From Mustelus asterias (Eukaryota), in contig NC_135825.1 in NCBI RefSeq assembly GCF_964213995.1, forward strand, positions 12,276,001 through 12,340,000: a stretch of DNA of 64,000 nt, read 5' to 3'. Both the position numbers and the translations under genes were made by a program. Shown here in pieces: positions 50,413 through 61,580 of the stretch (positions are counted from its first letter, which is position 1; every line of letters starts with the position of its first letter). The notes beneath the pieces are model-generated. The model made no database searches. It saw nothing but the letters and a program-made list of their open reading frames with translations, and had not been told where the DNA came from.

Positions 50413-50895
50413 CTCCCCCCCCATACTGACATCACTGGCCTCATCTCCCCCCTCCCTCCCCCCCATACTGACATCACTGGCCTCATCTCCCCCCTCCCTC
50501 CCCCCCATACTGACATCGCTGGCCTCATCTCCCCCCTCCCTCCCCCCCATACTGACATCACTGGCCTCATCTCCCCCCTCCCTCCCCCCCCATACTGACA
50601 TCGCTGGCCTCATCTCCCCCCTCCCTCCCCCCCATACTGACATCGCTGGCCTCATCTCCCCCCTCCCTCCCCCCCATACTGACATCGCTGGCCTCATCTC
50701 CCCCCTCCCTCCCCCCGATACAGACATCACTGGCCTCATCTCCCCCCTCCCTCCCCCCCATACTAACATCACTGGCCTCATCTCCCCCCTCCCTGCCCCC
50801 CATACTGACATCACTGGCCTCATCTCCCCCCTCCCTGCCCCCCATACAGACATCACTGGCCTCATCTCCCCCCTCCCTGCCCCCCATACAGACAT
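50413..50895. repeat. 42-bp minisatellite, about 11.5 copies, truncated by an assembly gap
   Basis: Unit ATACTGACATCACTGGCCTCATCTCCCCCCTCCCTCCCCCCC. Confidence 0.95.
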
Positions 50896-51390
50896 NNNNN
50901 NNNNNNNNNNNNNNNNNNNNNNNNNNNNNNNNNNNNNNNNNNNNNNNNNNNNNNNNNNNNNNNNNNNNNNNNNNNNNNNNNNNNNNNNNNNNNNNNNNNN
51001 NNNNNNNNNNNNNNNNNNNNNNNNNNNNNNNNNNNNNNNNNNNNNNNNNNNNNNNNNNNNNNNNNNNNNNNNNNNNNNNNNNNNNNNNNNNNNNNCTAGT
51101 TTGATTGGCCAGGTTAAAATTGCCCCTTAGTGGTCCTGGGATGCGTAGATTAGAGGGATTAGCGGGGTAAAATATGTAGGGATATAGGGGTAGGGCCTGG
51201 GTGGGATTGTGGTCGGTGCAGACTCGATGGGCCGAATGGCCTCTTTCTGTACTGTNNNNNNNNNNNNNNNNNNNNNNNNNNNNNNNNNNNNNNNNNNNNN
51301 NNNNNNNNNNNNNNNNNNNNNNNNNNNNNNNNNNNNNNNNNNNNNNNNNNNNNNNNNNNNNNNNNNNNNNNNNNNNNNNNNNNNNNNNNN
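50896..51390. other. Assembly gaps: 200 N (50896-51095) and 135 N (51256-51390) around a SINE fragment
   Basis: N runs in the sequence. Confidence 0.99.
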
Positions 51391-52070
51391 NTCCTCCTCC
51401 TGCTCCAGCTGGTCTTCCCGCTGCTGGGTGATGTTGCGCCGAGCGCAGCAAACGATGATGATGCGTGAAGCACGCACAGGGTCAGACTGGAGGCCCCGCC
51501 CCCCCCCCCCCCCCCCCCAGGAGCGGAACCGCATTTCACACGGGCCATGCACCACTCTCCGATGGACCGGGGGGCTGTGTGGGCCTCATTGTCGCGGGTC
51601 TCCGCCTCGGTCTCGGGCCTCCGCACAGGCATCATCAGCCATGACCTTAGCGGATAACCTTTGTCACCCAGTCGCCATCCTGGCAGCCTGCGCTGGTCTT
51701 CAAAGAGGCCAGGGATGTCTGACTGCCTGAGGACAAAGCTGTCGTGGACACTCCCTGGATGGCGTGCATCGATCTGCGTGATCCACATGAGATGGTCACA
51801 CACGATCTGCACATTCAGGGAGTGGAACCCTTTTCCGTTGACGAATGGCTGCAGTGCTCCATGTGGGGCCCGCAAGGCGATGTTAGTCCCGTCCACTGCT
51901 CCCTGTACATTCAGCATCCCTGAAACGGCAGCGAAGCCTACAGCCCGGGCCTCCTGCTGTGCACGGCCCACATCAAAGTTTATGTACTGTCCTGCCCGGG
52001 CACACAGGGCATCTGTGACCTGCTGCACACATCTGTGCATGGAGGCCTGGGAGATCCCACTGTTGTACCT
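51391..52070 (-). pseudogene. PIF/Harbinger transposase catalytic region (HARBI1-like), degenerate
   Basis: GAVDGTNIAL..NGKGFHSLNVQIVCD..HPGSVHDS..LGDKGYPL motifs; frameshifted towards the C-terminus and running into a gap. Confidence 0.88.
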
Positions 52071-52910
52071 GTAAAACCTCAGATAATTTCGGCCATTTTA
52101 CTTACTCAGAAGTTTTACCCCGGTGCCCTTATTTGCAAGATGGACAAAGGACAAACTCAGGTAATAGTTCAAAAACTTTATTAAGAATAACACTATTAAC
52201 CCTTAAATTACCCACATAAAACAAGAGGATGCCCCAGATTCAAGTGTACTACCCGCAAAGGTGGTTTGGTTAAACTGCAGGCCCGATTCTCTGAGTCCCT
52301 CTGGCCTGTCATCACGAAGGGGATTCTCGATGGCAGCTTCTCCCTTCCTTCCTTCCTTCTCTGGTCAGTCTTCCGGCTGGTCAAGGTCGCCTCCCTCGCC
52401 GAGTCTTCGCTGCTGGTGTGTCTGAGATGCGTACCTTTATCCCCCTCCCTCTCCACCTTTCCAGAAACTTCTCTGGCTTCCAGCCAATGAGGTCTTGTGT
52501 GGGGATCCCAATATCCAGTGGGTTTCTTGATGTCTGCCTTCGAGGACACCGGGCCCGCCCCCAGGTGTCCATCTCCATGGTGTTGCTGACATGGAACCTG
52601 TTGCCAGATAAGGTAACTGCAGCAACTCTCAGTGACAGAAAGTCTGGCCCGATCTGGGCTTCTAACAATAGGCCGGTGCTTTTCAATGGAGTGCGATGAT
52701 CTCCTGCTGGGTCTCAGTGCGATGATCATTGATGGGTGATTGATGGGCCAGGCCCAGACATGTTTCTGTCTCTTTGTATATTTGACCTCAGTCAAGTCTG
52801 GTCTGCCCGACGTCTGACTGTGTTTGATTTTAATTTGCCCCAATTCTTTAATTTAGGAGATCCAATTTAATCAGCCTTAAAACTAGGCCCTGATCACCAA
52901 ACCACTGAGG

Positions 52911-53784
52911 TCACCACCGGGTGCCTGAAATGACCCAGATGCAAAAAAGGTTCAGGGCAGCCGTCACCTTAACTTCCACAGGGAGCGGGTGGCCACCCTT
53001 CCCCTGAGGTGCCAGGTGTGCGAGCACCTCACATAGGTGCCGCACCGTGCTCTTGGAGAGCTGCAGCCAGTGATGGCACATCGCCTCTGAGAGGGCCTCA
53101 AATGAATCCCGGGGCCTGTACCTCCTTGCCCTCTGCACCTTCTGCCTTCTGTGCACCCTTTCGGGAGACTGCTCACCCACCTCCTGGCCCTCAGTTGCCT
53201 CCTTCCTGAAGGACTGGTATTGGCTGCTCCTGCGGTGTTCTCCCCACAGTCTCCACCTCCTGAGCTGCCTCCTCCTGATCTGCCACCATAATGGCCAGCT
53301 CCAAATCGACCAGTCCAAGATCCATCTGCACAGAGGGGTTTGGAATGAGCAAAGAATGACAGATTAATGTCATTGGCTGCATAGACCCAGCATCACCCCA
53401 ATCCCTCACTTGAGCCGGTGCCCCCACTTGTGGGAGCTGTCAACACCACACAATCCATGGTGCCATGCGTGACCCGATTAGGGTTGTGTGAAATTCCCAT
53501 CATGACAAATGCTGGCACAGATTATGCAGGTCGGTGTGCAGCCGTGGGCAATGCGCGCCCTTGAGCCATTGCCATGTTTACAACTGCAGCATCCGTTACA
53601 GGCAGGTGTTGCTGGTCATTGTCACGGGGCAGAGACAGACGGCAAATCTGCACCAGATGGGTGCCCAGAGACAGCAGATCCCATGCAGTCTCAGTCTGAA
53701 CCTCAGCACCCCGGCCTGGAGCACCAGCTGCTTGTTCTGATTAGGCCTCAGTCAGCACATGGTGCACTCCTCCCCACCGCCCCC
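52911..53784 (-). mobile_element. Harbinger element 5' part and transposase N-terminus; continues at 58505-59175 beyond the Gypsy insertion
   Basis: EAMCHHWLQLSKSTVRHLC..HPLPVEVKVTAAL resembles the Harbinger transposase N-terminal region. TIR-like GCGATTCTCCC lies near 59150 on the minus strand. Confidence 0.7.
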
Positions 53785-54078
53785 TGATGCACCTCAATGA
53801 GCACCCGGAAACAAGGCTTTAGAACTGAAGGCTTTAATACATTAACAATGAAACTACTAACACAAATTCACCCGTTCAGACTGAAGGGGTCCTGCCGGAG
53901 CAGGGGGTCTTATACCCTGCCACCGGAGGCGGGACCCCACTGGAGTGTGCCATGATAACACTTGGGACAGGTAAACACCCTAACCCAACAACATAGTACA
54001 ACCCCCATAACAACAACACCCTAGCCCAACAGTAACACAATAACAACCCCAGTGGTGAACCAACGATGGTTCACCACA
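53785..54078 (-). repeat. 3' LTR
   Basis: Direct repeat of 58211-58504, preceded by the polypurine tract on the minus strand. Confidence 0.92.
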
Positions 54079-54150
54079 TTCACCCCTCCTTTAGGAACCA
54101 AAGGTGGCGGGGTGGATGAAAACAGACAATGACAAAAAAAATAACAGGAT

Positions 54151-57100
54151 TCACAAGTCCAGACGGTCTGGAGGACCACACCGACGCTGCGATCTTCTCA
54201 ACACCGGTTGCGAAACCGGAGCAGGTGCTTGCGGTGGCTCTCTCAAAGCAACATCTGGCTGTCCCCTCAAAGACTCCCGGGCCGGCCGGCCCTGATGAGG
54301 CGATGGTGTAGGGGATCCTGGAACGTTTGGTGGTGGTGGTGGTGGTGATGATGGTGGCGCCGATCTCCGAGTCTCAGGCAAGCTGTACATGGGAGTAAAA
54401 GTGTTATGCACTGGTCCCGGTGCTGACCGCGCCACGTCTGGGGAAGTAATGAGGAGTAGTGGATCTGTGACTGGGGGAATAGGAGCGACAGGAGTTGCTA
54501 CGTCCCCTGCGGGCGCCAGGTCTCTAATGGAGACAGTGTCCTCTCGCCCGTCAGGATATGCCACATAGGCATACTGAGGGTTGGCGTGGAGGAGTTGGAC
54601 CGGTTCGACCAAGGGGTCGGACTTGCGAGCCCTCACATGGCGCCGCAGAAGGACGGGTCCTGGGTACGTCAACCAGGCTGGCAATGAGGTCCCCGAGGAC
54701 GACTTCCGAGGGAATGAGAACATCCTCTCGTGGGGAGTAGCATTGGTTGCCGTACACAGGAGGGAGCGGATAGAATGGAGCGCAGTTGGAAGGACCTCCT
54801 GCCACCGGGAGACTGGAAGGCCCTTGGATTTCAGTGCCAGTAGGACAGCCTTCCAGACTGTAGCATTCTCCCTTTCCACCTGTCCGTTACCCCTAGGGTT
54901 GTAGCTCGTGGTTCTACTAGAGGCAATCCCGAATGAGAGCAGGAATTGCCTCAAGTCGTTGCTCATGAACGACGAGCCCCTGTCGCTATGAATATAGCAG
55001 GGGTACCTGAACAGGGTAAAAAGCTCACTGAATGCCTTGATGACGGTGGCAGTCGACGTGTCCGCACAGGGGAAAACAAACGGAAACCGGGAAAATTCGT
55101 CTATTATGTTAAGAAAATAGACATTCCGATCCGTTGAGGGAAGGGGGCCCTTAAAATCTACACTCAGCCTCTCAAAAGGGCGAGTGGCCTTGACCAAATG
55201 TGCCCGGTCTGGTCGATAAAAGTGTGGTTTGCATTCTGCGCAAATCCGACAACTTCTAGTAACTGACCTGACCTCCTCCACCGAGTAGGGTAGGTTGCGG
55301 GCTTTTATGAAGTGGTAGAGTCTGGTGACTCCAGGATGACACAGATCATTGTGGAGAGCCTTCAAGCGGTCCTCCTGCATGATGGCGCATGTTCCGCGCG
55401 AGAGGGCATCCGAGGGCTCATTGAGCTTCCCTGGACGATACATAATATCGTAATTATAGGTGGAGAGCTCAATTCTCCACCGCAAGATCTTATCGTTCTT
55501 GATCTTGCCCCTCTGCGTGTTACTGAACATAAACGCCACGGATCGTTGATCCATGATCAGGGTGAACCGCTTACCTGCCAGATAATGGCGCCAGTGTCTG
55601 ACTGCCTCCACAATGGCCTGAGCCTCCTTTTCCACCGCTGAGTGCCGAATCTCTGGGCCTTGAAGGGTGCGGGAAAAAAACGCGACGGGCCTGCCTGCCT
55701 GGTTTAGTGTGGCAGCTAGGGCGAAGTCCGATGCATCACTCTCCACCTGGAAAGGGATGGATTCATCCACCGCGTGCATCGTGGCTTTCGAGATGTCGCT
55801 TTTCAAAACCTTGAAGGCCAATTGGGCCTCCGGCGTAAGTGGGAAGGTCGTGGACTTAATGAGCGGACGAGCTTTGTCCGCGTAGTTGGGGACCCACTGT
55901 GCATAATACGAAAAGAACCCGAGGCATCTCCTCAGTGCTTTCGTGCTAGCGGGCAAGGGAAGTTCAGTGAGTGGGCGCATACGGTCTGGATCAGGGCCAA
56001 TGACCCCGTTTTCCACCACGTATCCGAGGATGGCTAACCTACGCGTACGGAATACGCACTTCTCCCTGTTATAGGTCAGATTCAGGCGAGATGCAGTGCG
56101 TAGAAAGTGTTGGAGATTCGTGTCGTGGTCCTGCTGGTCATGGCCGCAGATGGTGACGTTATCCAGGTACGGGAAGGTAGCCCGCAACCCGTTCTGGTCC
56201 ACCATTCGGTCCATAGCACGCTGGAAGACCGAGACCCCATTGGTGACACCAAATGGAACCCTGAGGAATTGGTATAGACGACCATCCGCCTCAAAAGCCG
56301 TATATTGTCGGTCCTCTGGGCGGATGGGGAGTTGATGGTAGGTGGACTTAAGGTCTATGGTAGAAAACACTCGGTACTGCGCAATCTGATTGACCATATC
56401 AGAAATGCGCGGGAGAGGATACGCATCCAGCTGCGTGTATCTATTAATGGTCTGACTATAGTCGATGACCATCCGAGGTTTGTTCCCGCTTTTGACTACC
56501 ACGACCTGCGCTCTCCACGGACTAGCACTGGCCTGTATGATCCCTTCCTTGAGGAGCCGCTGAACCTCAGATCTAATAAAGATCCGGTCCTCAGCGCTGT
56601 AACGCCTACTTTTAGTAGCGATGGGCTTGCAACCAGGTACCAGATTTTTAAAAAGGGATGGTGTCGTGATCTTCAGGGTGGATAGATTGCACGCGGGGCG
56701 CTTTGGGCAATTTGGAGGCTGCGGCTGGTTCCCTACTGCCAGTGAAGGGAGTGGCCCACCGTACTGTAGGATCACACTCCTCATGTGGGCCATAAAGTTT
56801 AGTCCGAGGAGAATTGGCGCGCAAAGGTGAGGTAGCACAAGGAGCCTGTATTGCTCGTAAACTGTGCCCTGTACCTCAAGAGTTACCATACATCGTCCTT
56901 GGATCGGTGCAGACCGGGACTGTGATGCCATGGAAATTGTCTGTTTGGCAGGGAGAACCCGGAGTCCACACCTTTTAGCAGTTTCAGGGTGTATGAAACT
57001 TTCGGTGCTTCCACTGTCAAACAGACAATTCACAGTTCTGCCACTAACCTTTACCTCCATCATGGAATGTTCCAGTCTGTAATGCCTGGCCTGATCCAGA

Positions 57101-58188
57101 GAGATCGACGCCACCGTTGGCCCCTGGGCGTCACTGCATGCTGCCGATGTGGATGCTGAGGACCCCTGCTGGTCGCTGCTGCATGCTGCCGATGTGGATG
57201 CTGAGGACCCCTGCTGGTCGCTCCTAGTCGTCGTGGACCATGATGGCCGCCCCCATGAATCGCATGTGGCCGAGGGCTCCAAGCGCAGCGACTCCTGGTG
57301 GTCTTCCTCCTCCTCTGTCTGCCACGATGGCGCCGTCCTGAGATCGCACGTGGTCGGACCTCGTGGGTACTGCGACGCCGAAAGAGATGGTCTCCGTTCA
57401 GGAGGGTTACAAGCTGCACTGCCGTTTTTAGGTTTGGACCTGCAGACTTTGCCGTAGTGGCCTTTTTTACCGCACTGGCTGCAGATAGCCGTTCTTGCCG
57501 GACACTGTTGCCGTGGATGCTTGGCCCCACCGCAAAAATAGCATCGCTGGCCACCTGGAGCTGCCGCCGTCGTCGAATCGATCTGGGAGCGCGGGTTCGC
57601 GGGGTGAGGAGGGAGCAGAGCTTGCTCCAACCACGTTGACTGCACGTGGTCCTCGGGGTACAGCGCCAAGCTCTTCGACGCCACCTCCAACCTCACGGCC
57701 ATCCCCATTGCCTGGGTCAAGTTGAGTTTCCCCTTTTCTAATAATTTAAGTCTGATGTACGAGGACCCTACCCCTGCTACGAACGCGTCTCGGGCGAGGT
57801 CTTGCATGTACTGCTCGGCGGAGACATCCTTACAGTCACAACCCCTGGCAAGCTGCAGGAGTTCATTGGCGTAGTCTTCTATGGTCTCGCCCGACTGCCG
57901 ACGTCGTGTAGCGAGGAGATAACGAGCGTGAATCTCGTTGGGTGGCGTAATGTACCTATTCTTTAGGAGCTCGACGGCACCCTGGTAAGTGGAAGCTGCA
58001 CGAATGGCTAGGTAAATCGTGTCGCTTACCCTTGCGTGGAGGACCTGGAGTCTATCACTGTCTGTAGTGATAGCTACCGAGGCTGCCAGGTAGTCCTCGA
58101 AGCACTTCCACCAATGTTCGAACATGTTAGCTGCACCGACCGCACGTGGGTCCAGTGTCAGACGATCCGGTTTTAGGATCTGTTCCAT
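54151..58188 (-). CDS. Gag-Pol polyprotein, about 1345 aa from the first ATG: Gag with two CCHC knuckles, aspartic protease, RT, RNase H, integrase
   Basis: CYFCGGAKHPRQQC and CSQCGKKGHYGKVC; LFDSGS; RMVIDYS..PFGV..YLDN; ESDASD; H..H..CRIC plus SVDFKG, HSDRG and ERE. The order PR-RT-RH-IN is Gypsy. Confidence 0.95.
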   Translation of the reverse strand: MEQILKPDRLTLDPRAVGAANMFEHWWKCFEDYLAASVAITTDSDRLQVLHARVSDTIYLAIRAASTYQGAVELLKNRYITPPNEIHARYLLATRRRQSGETIEDYANELLQLARGCDCKDVSAEQYMQDLARDAFVAGVGSSYIRLKLLEKGKLNLTQAMGMAVRLEVASKSLALYPEDHVQSTWLEQALLPPHPANPRSQIDSTTAAAPGGQRCYFCGGAKHPRQQCPARTAICSQCGKKGHYGKVCRSKPKNGSAACNPPERRPSLSASQYPRGPTTCDLRTAPSWQTEEEEDHQESLRLEPSATCDSWGRPSWSTTTRSDQQGSSASTSAACSSDQQGSSASTSAACSDAQGPTVASISLDQARHYRLEHSMMEVKVSGRTVNCLFDSGSTESFIHPETAKRCGLRVLPAKQTISMASQSRSAPIQGRCMVTLEVQGTVYEQYRLLVLPHLCAPILLGLNFMAHMRSVILQYGGPLPSLAVGNQPQPPNCPKRPACNLSTLKITTPSLFKNLVPGCKPIATKSRRYSAEDRIFIRSEVQRLLKEGIIQASASPWRAQVVVVKSGNKPRMVIDYSQTINRYTQLDAYPLPRISDMVNQIAQYRVFSTIDLKSTYHQLPIRPEDRQYTAFEADGRLYQFLRVPFGVTNGVSVFQRAMDRMVDQNGLRATFPYLDNVTICGHDQQDHDTNLQHFLRTASRLNLTYNREKCVFRTRRLAILGYVVENGVIGPDPDRMRPLTELPLPASTKALRRCLGFFSYYAQWVPNYADKARPLIKSTTFPLTPEAQLAFKVLKSDISKATMHAVDESIPFQVESDASDFALAATLNQAGRPVAFFSRTLQGPEIRHSAVEKEAQAIVEAVRHWRHYLAGKRFTLIMDQRSVAFMFSNTQRGKIKNDKILRWRIELSTYNYDIMYRPGKLNEPSDALSRGTCAIMQEDRLKALHNDLCHPGVTRLYHFIKARNLPYSVEEVRSVTRSCRICAECKPHFYRPDRAHLVKATRPFERLSVDFKGPLPSTDRNVYFLNIIDEFSRFPFVFPCADTSTATVIKAFSELFTLFRYPCYIHSDRGSSFMSNDLRQFLLSFGIASSRTTSYNPRGNGQVERENATVWKAVLLALKSKGLPVSRWQEVLPTALHSIRSLLCTATNATPHERMFSFPRKSSSGTSLPAWLTYPGPVLLRRHVRARKSDPLVEPVQLLHANPQYAYVAYPDGREDTVSIRDLAPAGDVATPVAPIPPVTDPLLLITSPDVARSAPGPVHNTFTPMYSLPETRRSAPPSSPPPPPPNVPGSPTPSPHQGRPARESLRGQPDVALREPPQAPAPVSQPVLRRSQRRCGPPDRLDL

Positions 58189-58210
58189 ATTCTCAGTTAA
58201 TGTATTAAAT

Positions 58211-58504
58211 TGATGCACCTCAATGAGCACCCGGAAACAAGGCTTTAGAACTGAAGGCTTTAATACATTAACAATGAAACTACTAACACAAATTCACCCG
58301 TTCAGACTGAAGGGGTCCTGCCGGAGCAGGGGGTCTTATACCTTGCCACCGGAGGCGGGACCCCACTGGAGTGTGCCATGATAACACTTGGGACAGGTAA
58401 ACACCCTAACCCAACAACATAGTACAACCCCCATAACAACAACACCCTAGCCCAACAGTAACACAATAACAACCCCAGTGGTGAACCAACGATGGTTCAC
58501 CACA
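58211..58504 (-). repeat. 5' LTR (TATAA at about 58340, Inr-like TCAGT near 58308, ATTAAA near 58264)
   Basis: Direct repeat of 53785-54078; promoter and poly(A) motifs read on the minus strand. Confidence 0.92.
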
Positions 58505-61440
58505 CCCCCCCCCCCCCTTTCCCCCCAGAACCCAGCACTCAGTGCAGTCTCTGACCACCCCCGGCAGCAAGACAATGCCACTGCACAGTGCCCTCAAGGG
58601 GAAGGCTGAGCACGACTCCTTCAATGCCCCTCCCCCACAGAGCTCTGAGAAAATAAACCCCCCCCCCCCCCCCCTGCCAGCCCCCCCCCCCCCCACCTCA
58701 GGTATCACTGGTCCATGGGCCAGCACCTGAAGACAGCCAGGAGGAAGTCCACCAAGCATCTCCAGGGCCTGCTTGCCAGCAACATCCCCCGCACTCTGCT
58801 CACTTCAGGTCCTCATCACTTCCCTCCTCACACCTGCTCAACGCTGCCACGCCAGCTTGAGACTTTTCAAAACCGACCCTGATTCGGGCCAAATGGACAT
58901 CACACCAAAGAGGTGGGAGACGCTAACGTGGGCGGAGCTTGCTGTGTCGATCCTGATAATGGAATGCTAAAGTGTGGTAAGTGATGGAAATTAGCGGTCG
59001 GCCGGTTTTCAGCGCGGTCCCAACGGTGCCATTTTTTTTCCGGTTGGGAGATGCGCGCGGGTCGTAAACGCTCGCGGGGATCCCGGGAAATGGTCGACAC
59101 GCACATCTCCCAACCCAACGCGCACAAAACTTAGCGGGTCGGAATGGGAGAATCGCCGCCCCCCGCCCGCGCCCCCCTCTAATCTTTGCCTCAGCAGCAA
59201 CACTTGTCTGATGACATTCCTGTAAAATGCCGGAGGAGGTTTTACTGAGTGAAAGGTACTTTATAAAGAGCAAGTTATTGTTGTTGTTGTTGATTCCACG
59301 AATGAGATAATAATAAAAAATGAACGTGTTTCTCCACCCAAGGCTGTGGTCAGTGAGAGTTCTAACTTTAGATTTACTCAGAGTGAAGTTCTTACCCACG
59401 TGTAACAGATTGTACTCAGAGTTCTGAATTTTCCAAATGGTTCCAATGTTTGATCATTTTTTATTGAGTATAGAATTCTGTGAGTGACGGCTCCATCCTA
59501 AATAAGCACCAATTTACAGCAATATTCCATTCACTCCTCAAATTCTTTAACGGTTGATGAGAAAGGCAAAGAGAGAGATTGACATTGGAAATAAATGTGG
59601 CTTCATGTTTGCTGCAGTTTGCAATGCTCATGGTTTGAAACAGCAAGAAAAATGTGTTGCTGTCCTCAGGGTGGTGTGAGACAGAAACCCTGTGAATGTA
59701 CAATAGGTGTCAGATACCAAATGCAGAGCTGTGTTTGCAGCAGCGAGAAGATCAGCATTGATACAGAATTTGTCACAGGCAAACAGCACGGGTGTTGCTA
59801 CATTTCTTGAACATCAGATGATGCAGGGTGAAGAAGGAATGACCAGGAATCATATCAGCTACACCATGGTGTGGACAAGTTACCCCAGAGAGAGAGGCAT
59901 CAGGGAGTGAATATTAGAAACCTTGGGGGCGATTCTCCCAAAAGTGCTGAATTTGTGGGAAAACTGTTCTGGATCACGACTGTTTTTTCAGTGCAGTTTC
60001 TCACTCGAATCTCCGCACTCTGTGCAATGCCGAGGTCACAATCGGGAATCTTATTAAACACCCAGGGGGCGGGGCCTATTCACGCGGGAGTCTGACAGTT
60101 CCGGATCTCTGCGCATGTGCAGTGGTCCCAATCTGGCAGTCTCCCCGTTTGCTGGCCAGCCCAGGACCCTCACAGTGCTGTCCCTCAGGCCCCCCGCACA
60201 CCTTGATCGCGGCCCTCAAGACAATTCCTGGGCCAGCTCTGACCCATCCCCCGCCCCAGAGCGCCCCGATGACCAGCACACCCACCCAGTGGTGGCGATC
60301 CTACCAGCCCCCTCACTCCATCAGAACGCCCCCACCCCCGCCACAGCCTGCCCTGATCGCTGGCTTCCCCCCATCCCAGACCGATCGCCATGCAGAGTGG
60401 CAGTTTGACACCCCTCACCACTGATTACCCCCAGGCCCCACCCACAATGGGCCTCGCCCCCTTGTCATTGCCCGATGCCCGATGGGCAGCGCCAAGGCAG
60501 TCTCTGGGCATGGACAATTGGCACCTTGTGCAGTGCCGGGGGCACAGGCTGGCACTGCCAGGGTGTCCATGCCCAGGGGGGCACCTGACCCCCGCACCTG
60601 ACCCCCTGTGGGGCTCCGATTTTGCCCCCTTCATTCCGGTCGGGTCTCCCGCTAGTTCCCCAAATGTGGGGATCTTCTCTAAACCCCGCGGGAATGAAGT
60701 GCTCCTGGTGGGGTGGGAGATTCAATCGGGCTCCCGGCAAGTTCCCAATAATTGAAAATCACTTACCCGTCTTCCCGCCGATTTCCAGCGTAGTCTGGAC
60801 TCCGACTGTTCTCCGTCTCTGGGAGAAGCGCATGTATTCCCGGGGCATGTGCAAATCCTGGAAAAAGGCCGATGACGCATAGCACCCAGCCTGAACCGCC
60901 GGAAAAGTTGCAGATCACGAGAATCACCCCCCGCTCTAGAAACTACAGAACAGAAGGAATTGATTCAGCTCATTGTGCCCGAGTTGGCTCACTGAACAAT
61001 AGTCAAACTCAGTCCCAAATCCTCAATTTTCACAAGTGAGAAGGACCATCCCTGATTCATGACCCTCCTCGCCCTGTTAATTGTACCCACCATCCTCTCT
61101 GGGGCTAGCACTGACTGACCCGAGCGAATCCACCCCATTCAGCTCCTGCTTGGACCTTCATCGTTCCGAGACTGACTGCAGTCCCTGCAGCGACCACAGC
61201 TCCTGGTGGCGCTGCTGTGACTGAAGTGCTGCCAACCCCCTGATTGGCCAGCAGGTCTCCTATCCTTGCTGTAACTGTGCTTCAGTGGGCAGGAGAAGGA
61301 CTGCTCGCAGAGGCCAAGCCCAGGAACAGCCATGGCCTTGCCAGCCTCAGTGTAAAATCACTGAGAGCTCAGAGTGGGCAGGAACCCGGAAATAATCCCG
61401 TCACTGCAATTTTACGCACTCTCCCCACCGAAATACCTGC

Positions 61441-61580
61441 TGGGTGGGGGTGGGGGGGTCGGGGGGTGTGGGGGGCGGGGGGGGTCGGGGGGTGTGGGGG
61501 GTGTGGGGGGTGGGGGGGTCGGGGGGTGTGGGGGGGGGTCGGGGGGTGTGGGGGGGATGAGGGGGTCGGGGGGGTGTGGA
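61441..61580 (+). repeat. G-run tract (G-quadruplex-capable), longer than its paralog at 25720-25795
   Basis: Repeated G4-G8 runs separated by T, TC or TGT. Confidence 0.8.

Larger units (their letters stand above)
53785..58504 (-). mobile_element. Full-length Ty3/Gypsy LTR retrotransposon, very young
   Basis: 294-bp TG..CA LTRs (53785-54078, 58211-58504) with one mismatch. Polypurine tract AAAGGAGGGGTGAA abuts the 3' LTR. Intact gag-pol. Inserted in a poly-C run (CCCC TSD); the empty site is visible in the paralogous copy near 47400. Confidence 0.96.

Noticed and set aside
50323-50895. Repetitive ORFs, and a CRISPR-like look of the 42-bp array
   Set aside because: The units are directly adjacent with no unique spacers, there are no cas genes, and the context is eukaryotic; it is a minisatellite.
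54551-57725. Short antisense and alternate-frame ORFs inside the Gypsy element
   Set aside because: They are expected by-products of a GC-rich long ORF and show no env-like or other domain signature.
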